Shown in pieces: positions 25,995 through 39,993 of a stretch of DNA of 64,000 bases. The stretch lies in NCBI RefSeq assembly GCF_006345805.1, contig NC_042998.1, positions 44,206,001 to 44,270,000 of the forward strand. Reading direction: 5' to 3'. Position 1 is the stretch's first letter, and each line of letters begins with the position of its first letter. The notes below the pieces were generated by a model. The model was given only the letters and a program-made list of their open reading frames with translations, ran no database searches and was not told the origin of the DNA. Made by a program: the position numbers and the translations under genes. The DNA is from Octopus sinensis (Eukaryota).

Positions 25995-26215
25995 TTCCGA
26001 AATAACGTGGATCAAACACAACCAGGTAAAAACAACAACGCGAGCACGTGGTGCATGCAAGTATTAGCACACGGTCAGGTAAGGAAAGAAAATTAGTTTT
26101 TACGTTTCGAACAAAGCGCTTCCTCAGAAACACGAGGCGGATGAAAGTCCAAGAGAAAAGGAAAACGGAGGAAAAAAATCGCCAACGATCCACATGTGGT
26201 TACATTTTGAAATGT
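25995..26215 (-). mobile_element. Family H repeat containing a decayed hammerhead at 26096-26131
   Basis: GTTT-CTGAGGA-A-GCGC-ttt-GTTC-GAA-ACGT-A-AAAAC; flanked by (TA)n. Confidence 0.75.
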
Positions 26216-26219
26216 GTGT

Positions 26220-26280
<61 letters not shown>

Positions 26281-27661
26281 CGCACACAGACTTACACACA
26301 TGGATTTTCGAAAGCTCACAAACAGGAAGCATTTAAGTATACGAGCATGGGTCTCTTTCTCGCTGTTCACCACAACCGTTGTATATATGCCTACACACGC
26401 ATACTCACTCACTTACTCGCGCACACACTCAAACACACACGCATACACACTCATTCACACACATACATATATATAGATATTGGTATAAACATATACACAT
26501 TTATATATATATGTATGTATGTATATATATATATATACTTATATAAAATATAGATGTATACATGTACATATATAACTACATTCGTATATGTACATATATA
26601 CACCTGTTTGTGTACATGAATGTATGTGTGCTTATGTATGGGCATGAGGATATATACGCCCACAAATACTTTGTTTTTTAACGTAAACGATATTATTCGG
26701 TTTAGCTATTTTCTTGGTATATCATCATACATAGTTAAAAGTATATATATCAATGAACATATCAAATTTACACATACACACTCACGATACAAAGACACAA
26801 ATATAAATCGATGTTTGGAAATTCCTCAATATATCTCGTGTGACGTGTCTGCAAGATTTCACCACTGGCACTCTTTATTACTATTATCAGCATAGCCAAC
26901 AAATGTCAGAGTTTATGCTTTTACCCTTTTAATGAATCAAATGCTACGTTTAGCCACATACCTGTCTATAGAGGACAGAACGTATTCTTTAACTCAAAAC
27001 AGCTTCCGTAATCTTTGAGCGCTTCACGCATGTAATTGTTTGTGCGAATGTAGAACTTCTTTCCTTTTTTTCCTTCATAGAATATTGTTGTAAATATTTA
27101 AATATAACGAAATGTACTCATACATTATCATACCCTGGAGATACTCTTGCAGGGTGAACAATTCGTTGCTCTACAGGAAATTTAAGAACATTCAGTAGCT
27201 TAAACGTGAAACTAATTAAGAATGACAGATTTCAAATCTTTCCTTAGGAAGTATATTGATTCAAAGTATATATATTATTAAAGGTGTCTCCTTTTTTTCT
27301 TTTATAAGACATATTCAATATAGGAAACGGTAAAAAAAATGGCGGCAAGTTTTTAGCGAAATATCTTTGCAAGTAATTTTAAATCGCAAAGTGTACTGTG
27401 TCGCATCAATAAAAGTGATTTGTGTCCGGTCACCACTATTTACTTTCATATCTTACAAAATATTTATACTCCCTCCGATTTGGCAAAAATATACATTAAT
27501 GCGAAGATTAGATTTGTATGAAATTTATTATGCTGTCCCTTCAAAATAACTCCTACGCCACACGAGCGCTTTTTGATTGATTATCCCAAGACGATAAAAC
27601 GTTATTAGCTGGCAGAATATTAAAACATCAGTATGGTTTATATTTAGATATTATTCTTTTA

Positions 27662-27712
27662 TTATTTTACTTGTTTCAGTCATCTGATTGCGGCTATGCT
27701 GGAGCACCGTCT
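27662..27712 (-). mobile_element. SINE family A tail fragment
   Basis: tttacttgtttcagtcatctgattgcggctatgctggagcaccg. Confidence 0.7.
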
Positions 27713-28014
27713 ACATGACTGTATCTGAATTTTTTCAGTATCTAATTTATGCAGATATGTCAGCCAAGCATCTCCATCTCCTTTGCAAATATCAGAAAGC
27801 ATTTCAAGGAAATATATCACGGAACTAATGATTTGTTGTTCTTTGTTTCTATTTAGTAGGAAATTCCTTTAAGAGTTGTATTACATACCAAGATGTCATC
27901 ATTTAGTTTCACCAAACGCCTCTCTAAAACTATCCTTTTCAATTTTGTTTGAGTTTTAGTGGTTAAAGTTACGCTAGAGCGTCGGCAAAAATGCATTTCG
28001 GTATTTGTTCCGAC

Positions 28015-28053
<39 letters not shown>

Positions 28054-28057
<4 letters not shown>

Positions 28058-28235
28058 AGAGTTTACGAAAAAAACAACAAAAGACGAAGACAGGTGGTGT
28101 ACAAAACAAAAAGATGTATTAGTATAACGCTCAGGAATAGAAAAAGTCTTTTACGTTTCGAGACTACGCTCTTCTACAGAAAGGGGCACAGAAAACAACG
28201 AGAGAAACAAGGAGAGAAAAAATGTGCGTAGTGGC
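28054..28235 (-). mobile_element. Family H repeat (U6 subfamily) with hammerhead at 28148-28183
   Basis: CTTT-CTGTAGA-A-GAG-cgtagt-CTC-GAA-ACGT-A-AAAG; 3' end joined to (TA)n. Confidence 0.8.
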
Positions 28236-28241
28236 TAACGA

Positions 28242-28330
<89 letters not shown>

Positions 28331-28922
28331 CATATATATATATAATATAATATATTATATATATATAATATATATATATATAATATAATATAATATAATA
28401 TATATATGTATATATATATATGTATATATATATGTGTATGTATGTATATATATATATATATTATATAATATATATATATATATATACATACTTATGTGTG
28501 TGTGTGTGTGTGTGTGTACACGCACTATTTCTTTATTAATTATTTTCACCTATTCTTCTTGAATATTAATCACAAAAAGTCGTAAAATCTATACCTACAG
28601 TAACAACTGTCAAATGTAAAGGAAGTAAGAACAAGATTTATTACCAAAATTACATTGTTGTTGTTAGTTTTATGATTTTTGTGTTTTTGAATGCTGCTTG
28701 TAATTGAAGAAGTTTAAGTATTAAATTAGAGATTCATCAAACATTTCAGTTGTTTTATTTAATATAATTCGTGATTGCTTTAGTCAGATATGATTACCTG
28801 CTAAGCTGACTGAAGTCGATGTGACCAACGCACATATTGATTTGATAGAAAGCGAATGAAAGAATATTAAATATTCTTGGGTTTATGTTTAAGAAGCACA
28901 TAGCATGAAGCAGCTTGGTACT

Positions 28923-29706
28923 GATTGACTTTGACTTCTGCTGTGCATGTGCGCTGAGTTTTGTCGTTCTGGCTCACTTCTACTGTTTACAACAGTGCTT
29001 AGAATAACGTGTGTAGAGTGTGTTCGTCTCATTGACCATGAGAGAGAAAGTTGTTCTGGTAATACTTGCTCAGAGACCAACGTAAGGTTGCAGAAATTGT
29101 ATGGAGAGAAGTGTATAATCTGCATACAAATGTACGAGTGGTTCAGACATTTCCAAGATGGCCGAAGAATGTTGATAGTGACGAACGTTCTTGTAGACCT
29201 GCAACCAGCAGAACTGAGGAAAACATCGCAGATGTGTGTGCAGATCTGAAAGGAAATTGTCGAATCATCATCTGCGAGTTATCAGAGGATGTGCAGATTC
29301 GTTACGGTTCAGTCTATTATCACTGAATATGAGTCGCGTGTTGTGCCAAGGTTGTGCCAAAACTGCTTTCAGCTGACCAAAACGACACTTGGGTTTCAGT
29401 TGCACAAAATCCCCTTGATTGTGTCGAGAACGATGAAAAGGTTTTGACAGCTTTGCGTAGTCCTCTCAGCAGGTATCGCCAAGCTTTTGGCAAAAATTTG
29501 ATGCAGATATTATGCTCAACTTTCTCTGCCGTGTTCAGTGTGACGAACACACGCTACATACGTTACATCCAAGCACTGCTGTAAACAGCGGAAGTGAGCT
29601 AGAACGTTAAAAGTTTGTTCACATGCGCAGCATAGTTCAAGGTCAATCTGTGTGTTTTAGCTTTGTTAGTCTTACAACAGTCCGGATACATATTGATCAG
29701 ACCACG
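28923..29706 (+). mobile_element. Mariner deletion derivative with long inverted arms, copy 1
   Basis: Decayed N-terminal HTH (RLQKLYGEKC..YEWFRHFQDGR..DERS.RPATSRTEEN..RYGSV..VPKLLS); right TIR ends gatcagaccacg+TA; 28923-29053 is inverted to 29517-29648. Confidence 0.85.
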
Positions 29707-29774
29707 TAGACATCGTTGAGAAAAACATTCTACAGTTTTAAGACCAGATCAGGTTTTAATATACGTGAATATAT

Positions 29775-29960
29775 ATTTCAAGGGCACTGAGATGTTCCTG
29801 GTTTTAAGGGTATTGCAAAAGGCCTGTTTGGAAGCAAAACATTCCGAGTTCTTTTATAAGGCTTAAAAGCTGAACGACCGAGGCAATAGATGTGAATGAA
29901 TCTGAAAGGCGGGTATATGTTGAATAAATTCGTAATTAACTGATCCTCCTGTATTTTCTT
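29775..29960. repeat. Unclassified dispersed repeat X, copy 2
   Basis: Similar to 2765-2930. Confidence 0.75.
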
Positions 29961-30039
29961 TTACTCAAAGCACTAATTTAGTATGTGTGTGGGTGTTTGT
30001 GTGTGCGTATGCATGTATGTGTATGTGTGTGCATATATG

Positions 30040-30043
30040 TATG

Positions 30044-30123
<80 letters not shown>

Positions 30124-30135
30124 TGTGTGTGTGTG
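30040..30135. repeat. (TG)n microsatellite
   Basis: Direct reading. Confidence 0.97.
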
Positions 30136-30662
30136 CGTGGGTATATGTGCGTGTGTGTTGTGCGTAGAAAGCTGTTGCTTTTATTTCACATACATGAAGT
30201 AAGTTGGTTCGGATCGAATCCAGCCTGGACGGGATAACGGAACACATTTGGAAGAAAATTACATTAAGGATATGAATGCTGATGGAAGGTTTAACCACTT
30301 ATAAGCTAATTCAATGAGCAATTTGTTCAGTGGGTTGAATATTTGGATACTGATCGCTGAAACCGACGACGACCCATATCATCTGCAAAAGAAAAGAAAA
30401 AAGTACACTCAATTAACAGCAATTACGAACGTACTGTCCATTTGGCTTGCACTACAGCGACATTATTTACGGTATACTAATTTTAAATGTCGACTCAATG
30501 CATTCATTCCCTTCCTTGTTAATAATTCTAAATGTAAAAAAACAATCTGGTCTTCGTGAGTTCCATAACCATTCTCCAATTAATGGCTACGAGACAAAAA
30601 ATACATTGTTGTTTCCCACACTTACGGGACATAAATTGCTGCTGCTGGGTGCCACTCTCACT

Positions 30663-30690
30663 ATTACTACTACTGCTGCTGCTGATGCTG

Positions 30691-30747
<57 letters not shown>

Positions 30748-30748
30748 T
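30663..30748. repeat. (TAC)n microsatellite
   Basis: Direct reading. Confidence 0.95.
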
Positions 30749-30749
30749 G

Positions 30750-31130
30750 TCTGGTATACAATTGTCACTACACCCACGGATATTCTAGACCGCAATCAGT
30801 GAAAGACCACTCCACTGATCAATATGAAATTCCTCGTAATCACGGTTCGATCTCTGACCACAGCTCTATGGTCTCCCCTCTCTCTCTCTCTGTCATTCCT
30901 ACAATTACTTCAGTAGCATAGGCTCATCGGATCAGGCTAGTCACTCGCCACTTCCACTCAAGTACACCGGACTTCTTTGCCTTTCTTCCTCTCATCCCCT
31001 ACATTGTCCGTCTTACCCTTCCTCAAAGACGATATTAACCCAAACATCCAATTCTTAGTCCCCAACTATTATACAACTGGAATGCTCTGCTTGTACTTAC
31101 ATTTTCTGTTTTCATCCACTTGTAACAATT
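30750..31130 (+). mobile_element. Possible very old CR1/L2/Jockey-type LINE 3' remnant
   Basis: THGYSR.. and aactggaatgctctgc (WNAL) resemble LINE C-terminal motifs; weak. Confidence 0.3.
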
Positions 31131-31799
31131 TTGGCGGAACGTTAGCAGCATCAACTTTACTAACCTCAATCAAATAAAAACGGAAAATAAAACTACTGCG
31201 GCTGCCGGCGCCTTTGCTATTATTGTTTCTGTTTCTATTGTTACTGGTATTTTTGCAGCTATTGCAGCTCCAGCAACTGACCGTTGCAGTTAACATATTC
31301 CAAGCATTTCTGTTCTGTAAACCAGTTGCAAAAACTTGCATAAGAAAATAACAATGGCCTTCTAAGCCTTGAATTTATTTAGAAAGACAAACATAGGAAT
31401 AAAAATATTAATTTATAACAAAAGCATCCCAACTCAAATTTTATTAGTGGGTTGACCCCAAATGTATCAAGACCAGTACTTAACTGATTCTATTTGAAAA
31501 CAGAATCGTAAGAACCGTAATGTATCAGAGTATACACAACCGTAACAACTCTGAAGTAAATACAAAACAGTCAAATTCACGATCTTTTGTATATTTTTCC
31601 GGTGATTAGTCACAAAGATCACAAGCAAAATATCTCTCCAACAAACGATTGACATCGATGCATTTTAGTTTTTTTTTCTTTTTTTCTTATTTCATGGGAT
31701 GCGATTTTATAGGATGTGATTCGGTATTGATTTGACGTTGGCCGCTAAATGGGGGTCAGTATGTGAGTAATTACACGTATATGAGCGCTAAGAACTTCC

Positions 31800-32297
31800 A
31801 TAGTTATGGACGTTTACTTTCATGACAACACGTGGGTGTGAGAACTATTGTGGAAGGACAAGATATTACCATTAATATTAAATATGTTTCCCGTTCTGTT
31901 GTTCACGATATCGTTGATGTAGAAACCATTGCAGAAAGACTACATAATACCTTTAATACAGAAAATGTTTCAGTTTTTATTGTTCTTGATAGTAAAAGTG
32001 ACATTATTATTATTTCGCCCCATGTAGATGCACAATGAAAGGCAATTCAGCTTTCACAATGTTTTCTTGTCTCTGTTATGTACTATGACTTCTGTAAGTA
32101 GGCAGGATGTAACTTTATGGTGAATTAGCAACTCTGTTTGGCCAGTTGAGCGACTACATTGTTCATAGTTAAATTGCTGGTGGCAATATGAATGATATAC
32201 TTCTCATCAAGTATATAAAATCATCCAAACATTTGTCACAAAATTGGCAGCGGCTATATGACTGAGTGGATTAAAACAATGATTAATGTAGTAGCAC

Positions 32298-32360
<63 letters not shown>

Positions 32361-32390
32361 CAGCAGCAGTAGCAGTGGTGGTGGTGGTAT

Positions 32391-32434
<44 letters not shown>

Positions 32435-33900
32435 TACTATCATAAACCCTGTCCGGCTACAGTAAGATGAATTTCCTGTGATATTTTACTCTTTTTTTTT
32501 TCCTGAAACATTTGGTTAATTAATTGCAGCTGTATACAGCCCAACACCTTCTTTCCTCCAACTTCTTCATAATGTTGTTGGTAACACAATGATCCCGGAA
32601 GAAAAAAAATGACGCAGCCAGTGTATAAATTTTGCATGACGTTCTGACAGACTCTCGGGTGGTAGTTTTTAACAAAGGTGGTTCGTCTGTTTTGGGGGAT
32701 GAAAAAAATTGCTGTAGTTAATAGCCATTGGGACATTTCTTGTGTGCCTGTGATATTTTCCTCATACAGCCATATGAGACATTACCGATAAAAGGTGAAT
32801 TTCTTCAGCCAGTGACCTGCTATGAGATCTGAGCTTGCTGATTTCCTATTTGACATTTTTTGTAGAACTGTTTCCCGTATTTCGCCGTCCATTTCACATT
32901 GCTTTGCTGCACATACTGACAGTAGACCTATACAGCTTGTTTGTTGGATTCGTCATTCGTTTCCCATACATGTTACCAGTAGCCATCAGCTAGACACTCT
33001 GTGGGGTTGTCTTTAAAAATTCAAATATCCGCGTTGAAGCTGCAATAAACTGTCTTCGGGTTTCGGGTCACTGGAAATTAATTTATTGAGCTATTACCGT
33101 TTATATGTTGTATACTAATATTTTAGTTTAAAAGCAGTATCTGTGAGTTGTTTTAACAGGTGACGTTTGGGGTTTAATTTTTTGGAATCCTTTATCACCA
33201 AATAGTCTCTAATTTTTTTAAAGTATTCCTGCTGTCGTGTGGTGTTCTTTCAGTTATATTTCATAACTACAACGATCTGTGAGATACTTTTTGCAGGAAT
33301 AAAATCATGTTTTTTTAAGTTAAATGCCTATTCTGGTTTAAGCTTTCTGCTTGTATCTTAACTTCGCGGCTTCATCCCTTTATAGCACACTAGTAATGTA
33401 ATGGCTGAGGCTTACATAAAAAAAATAATGGTTTCTATGGTTGTTTTCATACATCTGGAGTGTGGTCTTCAGAATTGTGTGCCTCTAATTCTCATTTACT
33501 ACTTTTTATATTTGCGCTAGTGTTGCATGACCTGTCATTCAAGTTAAGGTTCTGTACCTAGTGGAAACTAACACTCCAGATCACTTGTAAGGATTGAACA
33601 AGTTTTTGCTGTTCTATTTTTACAGTATAGTATGGATTTTAGCTAAATTGTCGGTGTTTTCTGTTCGATGTACATATGCATTTATGTATACATATTTTTC
33701 TATGAGTTTTATTTAAATTCTTCTTAAGAGAGTTCAAGCCGGTCGCTGACAAGTTGACATGACTTTTTGAATCCAGAGAGTTCCCGTTGTTTGTAAATAT
33801 GTGGATGAGTTGGTGTATTGGTTGAGCTGACGATCCTCACACCGATGTATGTACATCAATTCTTCTAGAGAACGTCAGTTGTAGAATATTTGGAATGACA
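31800..33900 (-). mobile_element. Heavily decayed R4-type LINE interrupted by (TAG)n at 32288-32433; boundaries approximate
   Basis: RT N-terminal KMSNRKSASSDLIAGHWLKKF, SQWLLT..FFIPQ..KNYHPRVC and GCIQLQLINQM; downstream CQFCDKCLD zinc-knuckle remnant and VIVHNRDKK. Confidence 0.65.
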
Positions 33901-33906
33901 TGCATG

Positions 33907-33943
<37 letters not shown>

Positions 33944-34647
33944 ACAAACAGACATATATACGAACGAACTGGGGCGGGAGCTATATATCTGCTCGCCACT
34001 ACACAGAGACTTAAATCGCTAGACGAAAGCATAGTACATATTACAAAATCACACTAGCTGAAGAAATCAAGACGTTCTTTTCTTTGCACTGTCTATCAAT
34101 CTATCTGTCAGTCCGTCTTTCTGTTTGACTGTCAGTCTGACCGACTGACTTACTGACTAACTTACTCTGTCTACCTGACTGCATAACTTGCCAGCTACCT
34201 ATGCATCTATGAATATTTGGATGCATCAATACGTATATTTATGTATAACTATATCTCCACGCACGATTTGTTAACTATCATCAAAATATTTAACGGCTTC
34301 CAGCAGTCGTATTCCAACTAGACTTGGTACATATGGCATGAAGCTTTTAGTGAGTTTCTAAGTAGTGAGACTACATTTATAATAAAAATGCAAATGTCCA
34401 CCGTGATTTAATATCCATATGAATTATAAATATCCTTGAGGCCATACTTGATACAATTATACGTGCCTTCATTGAAATTCTTCTGACATTTTAATTACTT
34501 GAAATGACAACTCGTGAATACTTCATTTGTTCTATCTCGAACAGTAGTTCTTCTGAAATCTTTAAAATCTTGTAAAAATCTTTAATTTCGTAGATGGTAA
34601 TGTTTTGCAATGGAACTCGCATTTTACTGCCTTACAGATTAATCTAC

Positions 34648-35338
34648 ATGACAGGGAAAGTTGTCATGGCGATACCTGCTCAGAGCCCAACGTGAGGTTG
34701 CAGAAAGTGTATGGAGAGGAGTGTATAAGCCACACCCTAAGTGTACGAATGGTTCAGACATTTCCAAGATAGCTGAAAAAATGTCGATATTAATTAGCGT
34801 TCTGGTGAACCAGAAGAACTGAGAAAAACATCGCAGATGTGTGTGCAGCTCTGAAAGGAAATCGTCGAATCATCATCTGCGAGTTATCAGAGGATGTGCA
34901 GATTCGTTACGGTTCAGTCCTTTATCACTGAAGATTTGGGTATGAGACGCGTGTCTGCCAAGTTTGTGCCAAATCCGCTTCACAGCTGACCAAAAAGGCG
35001 CTCTGGTTTCAGTCGCACAAGATCTCCTTAATTGTGTCAAGAACGATGAAAACTTTTCAAAAACTTTGCGTAGGTCTCTGAGCGGGTATCGCCAAGCTTT
35101 TGGCAAAATTTAATATACATTCTCTGCTCAACGTACGCTGTCACGGTCAATACGACGATCACAAGCTACACACGTTTCCTCCAAGCACTGCTATAAACGC
35201 CAGAAATGAACCAGTACCTTAAAACTTAATGACCATGTACAACAGAGTCCAAGGTCAATTTGTACCAAGCAACTTTACTCTGAGTGCTTTCAATTCGCTA
35301 CGACGGCAACAGTCTGGATACTTATTAATCAGACTATG
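34648..35338 (+). mobile_element. Mariner deletion derivative, copy 2
   Basis: Colinear with 29035-29706, same internal deletion; right TIR cagtctggatacttattaatcagactatg. Confidence 0.85.
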
Positions 35339-36462
35339 CATGCATGCATTATCAAGGCTTTACAGTTAGGTAACGTTATACAACCAGTAGATGGCGGTAT
35401 TGAACATCTGACCAAATCTTGATATGTCAATTTCCTCCTTAGGAGTGATAAGGCGAAAATGGAGTCTGATAACATTCACTAACAAAAGGGCATCTTTCAG
35501 AGAGATAGCCTGTCAGTGTTATTAAATTTACTATCTCACCAGCTCACAAAATATAGTGGCCATAGAAATGGAATCAAAAGTATCTCCCATATTTTCTTTG
35601 TCGACAACCTAAACGTTTGTTAGCCAAATATCAACCACATAAAAATTGCAATTGAATTTCATAACCTAATTTTTGATAGCCTTTGGAATGAATGTTGGTG
35701 AGTCCAGTTGTGCATTTTTGACAATAACTGTGGGAAAATATAATCCCCGTTTTCCATTCATTTCATAAATATGATAAACGTAATAAGGAACAGCAAATAT
35801 GTGGCAATATGCACAAAAAATTACATCAACATGCTTCTAAGAAAGGATATTAGAAAAGCGGAAACCATGAGTGTGCAACACTTCTAATAAACAGCTATGA
35901 TATAGCTTGAGGTTATGGTTTTGTTTGTTGTAACCCTCTAATGATTTGATTATGAAATCAGTGTGTGTGGTATTTGGATTCATAACAGGAATTTACAATA
36001 TTGAAATCCATGTATTAATGTAGTGAATAAACCTAAAATCTTATATCCCTTCTTGTTTTCTTCATACATTCTGTGTTCAAAATATCGATGGATAAATGCA
36101 GTATGATATTTACATCAGAAATTATATTTCTCTTCACGAATTCTGTATAACCGTGCACAGGGAATTCTAAATATTGCTTATATGTATGATCGCTCTAAAC
36201 ATCGCATAACAGAAATAAATGCACATGTGTCGGCACCTCTTTTGGCTGGAACAAAATGCACACACAGCAATATAAATTAAATATAGAATTTAGCACATAA
36301 GTACCGGCGGAATGATATTGCAGTGTATTTAGGCAGTTAGATCCAGCGGGGTGATGACATTCTCGCTTAGCTATTCAGACAGGTACTTTATATTAAATAT
36401 ATTGTCCATAATATTTACAGCTGTACCTTTCTGTAACTCATTTATATATATATATATTATAT

Positions 36463-36564
<102 letters not shown>

Positions 36565-36629
36565 CGTGTGTGTGTGCGTGTGTACACACACACACATATA
36601 TATATATCTATATCTATATATATATATAT

Positions 36630-36792
36630 ATTTTTTCTCTCCTTGTTTTTCTCCTTGTTTTGTCTGTGTACCTTTCTGTAGAAGGCTCGAAACGTAAAAG
36701 ACTTTTTCTATTCCTGAGCGCTATACTAATACATCTGCTTCTTTTGTACACGACCTGTCTTCGTCTTTTGTTTATCTTTTCGTAAACTTTCC
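36630..36792 (+). mobile_element. Family H repeat (U6 subfamily), hammerhead 36672-36700 with stem II deletion
   Basis: CTTT-CTGTAGA-A-G-GCTC-GAA-ACGT-A-AAAG; ends cgtaaactttccc+(TA)n. Confidence 0.8.
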
Positions 36793-36808
36793 CTATATAT
36801 ATATATAG

Positions 36809-36871
<63 letters not shown>

Positions 36872-36901
36872 CAGAGAGAGATATACATACATATATATAT
36901 A

Positions 36902-36944
<43 letters not shown>

Positions 36945-37117
36945 TATATATACATATGTATATATGTGTATGTTTGTATGTATGCATGCTTATGTATATG
37001 TAAATCCGTAAATGCTGATTTTATTCCTCCCTGTGTGCTCTACTGTAAGTTATTTATTGCAAAATATCATTATTCAATCATTCAAAGTTGTCTACAGCTT
37101 AATATGTGTGTGCGAGT

Positions 37118-37155
<38 letters not shown>

Positions 37156-39384
37156 ACATAATTAAACCTGCGTCAGTATGTGTGAATGTATTTCTTTATT
37201 GCTTTAACGTTTAGCTGTTTTAGCGTATAAATAGCGTATAATTTATAGTAGGTGAATCAGAACGTTAATCTCGCTTAATAGAATTGAAAATGTTTTCTTT
37301 CAAAACAGGATGTTTGTCACGGGTAATCTCCCAGTATTTAAATATTCTTGAAATTATTCGTTCCATGCACAGAACAATTCAACATTGAATTGTCTTTTTG
37401 TTCCCACATTTTTTTATCCTATTATCTAAACATTTCACTGAAAGCATTCTCCATCGGTTTGCTCGTATGCCATTTTATGTGTTCGTTTAAGCGTTAATAT
37501 TCATTCTTATAGTGTTTACGTTTATTGGACTGCGACCCCTTCAAACTTCCAATTGATGTAAAATTCCAACATTTATTATCGTAATTTACAAATATTGAAT
37601 TTCTCGAAGATAACATATTTGTTTACATGTTTCTGTGTTAGACGTTACCTTTATAACAAACAGCGCAGATTTCGAATACGTGTAATTTAACATTGTTCAT
37701 ATCACAATTAAAATTTTAAACAGTAATCTTGAAGAATATAGTGTTAGAAATATTGCAAATTTGTATGGTTGAGCAGAAGGTTATAAAATCGAGGATGGAT
37801 AAAACAAAAATTTATTGCGCAGTTGTATTTGCGGTAATGTTCCTACAACGATGGCACTATTTCTTCAGAATCTGTGTTATTAAAGTGATACACCAATATA
37901 TTTCATGATTTAACAATCGAAGTGTTTCGAGAGCCGCGAAGGGAAGAAACTTTAAAAACTATATTTTAGTCTCTATTTGCAAGTCAAACTAAAATCGTAT
38001 TCATACCAGGCATGGAAAAACGCTATAAAAAGAAATTTAATATTGATAGTAAATTTATTCCTTCTGGATATACAATGATATATATTTGTAGTGTATTTAA
38101 ATGTAGTGTTCATTATTCATATCGAAAGACGTTTACGTATGTCTTTAGACATACAAATATATGTAAATTGGAGTATGAAATAAATTCTTTTTACTAGTCA
38201 CACATGCGAGTAGATTGTTAAATTGCGTTTCTAGTAGAAAATTAGTGGCTAAATTTCCAGCATAAAATTACTGGTATCAGAAATTTAATTTGAATTCCAC
38301 TAAAAAGTCAATATCGTCATATGTATCCTCGTGTGTGTGTGTGTGTCTGTCTGTCTGTGTCTGTGTGCTTTTATATATACCTCTTATTTATCTATATGAG
38401 GGTTCTGTACATGGTTGTATGTATGGAGGATAGTTCAGATGAAGTTTTCACTTTCCATTTACTTCCGTTTTAACCACTTTTCACTGTAAAGATGCATAGG
38501 TTTTTATTGCTACATATAATCAGTTGCAAATATACGCTTGTAAAATATGTATAACTAGAACTTGTCTATTCCGATTAATCATCAATTTATTAACATTCAA
38601 TCACGTACAGACCAACCATCTAATATTACCTGTAAGAGATTCTCCTGTTACAAACAAATATCTCCATCATTACCATCTCAAATGATCAAATACTATTACT
38701 AACCTAACGCTTTGATTATCTGTTTCTCGCTAGTCACCACGTCATTCATTTCCGTGTAAAGATGACAATCACCGAAGATGGGGATTACTGAAGCAATGGC
38801 ACGGGATTTGCACATAATGAACGAAAACTATATTAAAACCTAAGCAGAATGATTACTTGCTCCATGTGTCTTAACAACCAATATTATCGATCATCAAGAT
38901 AGCAAACATTACTTTCGATATCATCGGAAGAGCATCATAGAATCAGCATGATCGTTCTTTTGTAAACAGAACTATGCTTTGCATTCAGTAATCTCCAAGG
39001 ACCTCAGTTGACAATTTAAATAGATTATTCCGACTAGAGCTGAATGCATCGGTTAATGGTCGAAATATTCAGATTCAGATGTTTATTCACCATCTGAGAA
39101 TTTAACTTTTGTGAATAGGAAAATGTTAAAGGACTTTGAAATTATAATTGATGGAGGAGTCAATTATATGTATGTACACACCCACATGTATCTGTCTGTG
39201 TACGTATATATATGTATGTGCGCATGTATATGGCTACAAAGAAAATGGTCAAACAATGTACGTATTGCGTATAGTAACTTTGGTTTGTGCACAACACGTT
39301 TCTAATTTCTCATACAATTATGCACATGCATACGTAGGCACATATTTACATAGATACATACACACGCGCGCACGCACATACACA

Positions 39385-39495
<111 letters not shown>

Positions 39496-39529
39496 TTTCA
39501 GGTTTCAGGCAAATCGGATCCGGCTCACA

Positions 39530-39895
39530 AATACGTGCTCTTTGAACTAAACGCGGATTTATATTTCAGGTGTATGTACACTCACAAACGGACGACTGAA
39601 TATACCATGGGTACAAACGCGGCACCAATTCTACTGCGGTCAATACACTCCAGATCCACGAGAATTGCAGGTTCCGAGTTGCAAGGGTGTTAAGAATGTT
39701 ATAGAATATTTGTAGATATTCGTAGATTATCCTTTTATTTGTCCACAAATATAAGGCAGTCATCGAGGAAGCATTTCCACTTTTCAATGACGTACTTCTT
39801 GAATTTTAGACAAAATGTTTGTGTATGTTCACGTATATTTTCTTCTAAACTTCTCATAACCAGGTTAGCATATGGAGGTGCAACTTTTGAACATA
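39530..39895 (-). mobile_element. Penelope-like reverse transcriptase fragment, decayed
   Basis: KVAPPYANLVMRSLEE..FKKYVIEKWKCFLDDCLIF..FYNILNTL..NLQFS match PLE RT motifs (MAP.YANL.MG.LE; W.RY.DD.F; LN...P.IQFT). Confidence 0.85.
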
Positions 39896-39961
39896 CATAA
39901 AGACATATCTACAAAGATACATACATACGTACATACATACATACATACATACATACATACA

Positions 39962-39990
<29 letters not shown>

Positions 39991-39993
<3 letters not shown>

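Noticed and set aside
31069-31341. ORFs on both strands resembling a signal peptide or Asn/Ser-rich protein
   Set aside because: Degenerate trinucleotide low-complexity sequence
33824-33885. CTGACGA..GAGAACGTC as another hammerhead
   Set aside because: GAAA is altered and no stem I pairing exists; it is only a weak hairpin inside a decayed LINE region
39575-39730. Plus-strand exon-like frame GVCTLTNGRLNIPW..
   Set aside because: It is the antisense of a recognisable Penelope RT fragment
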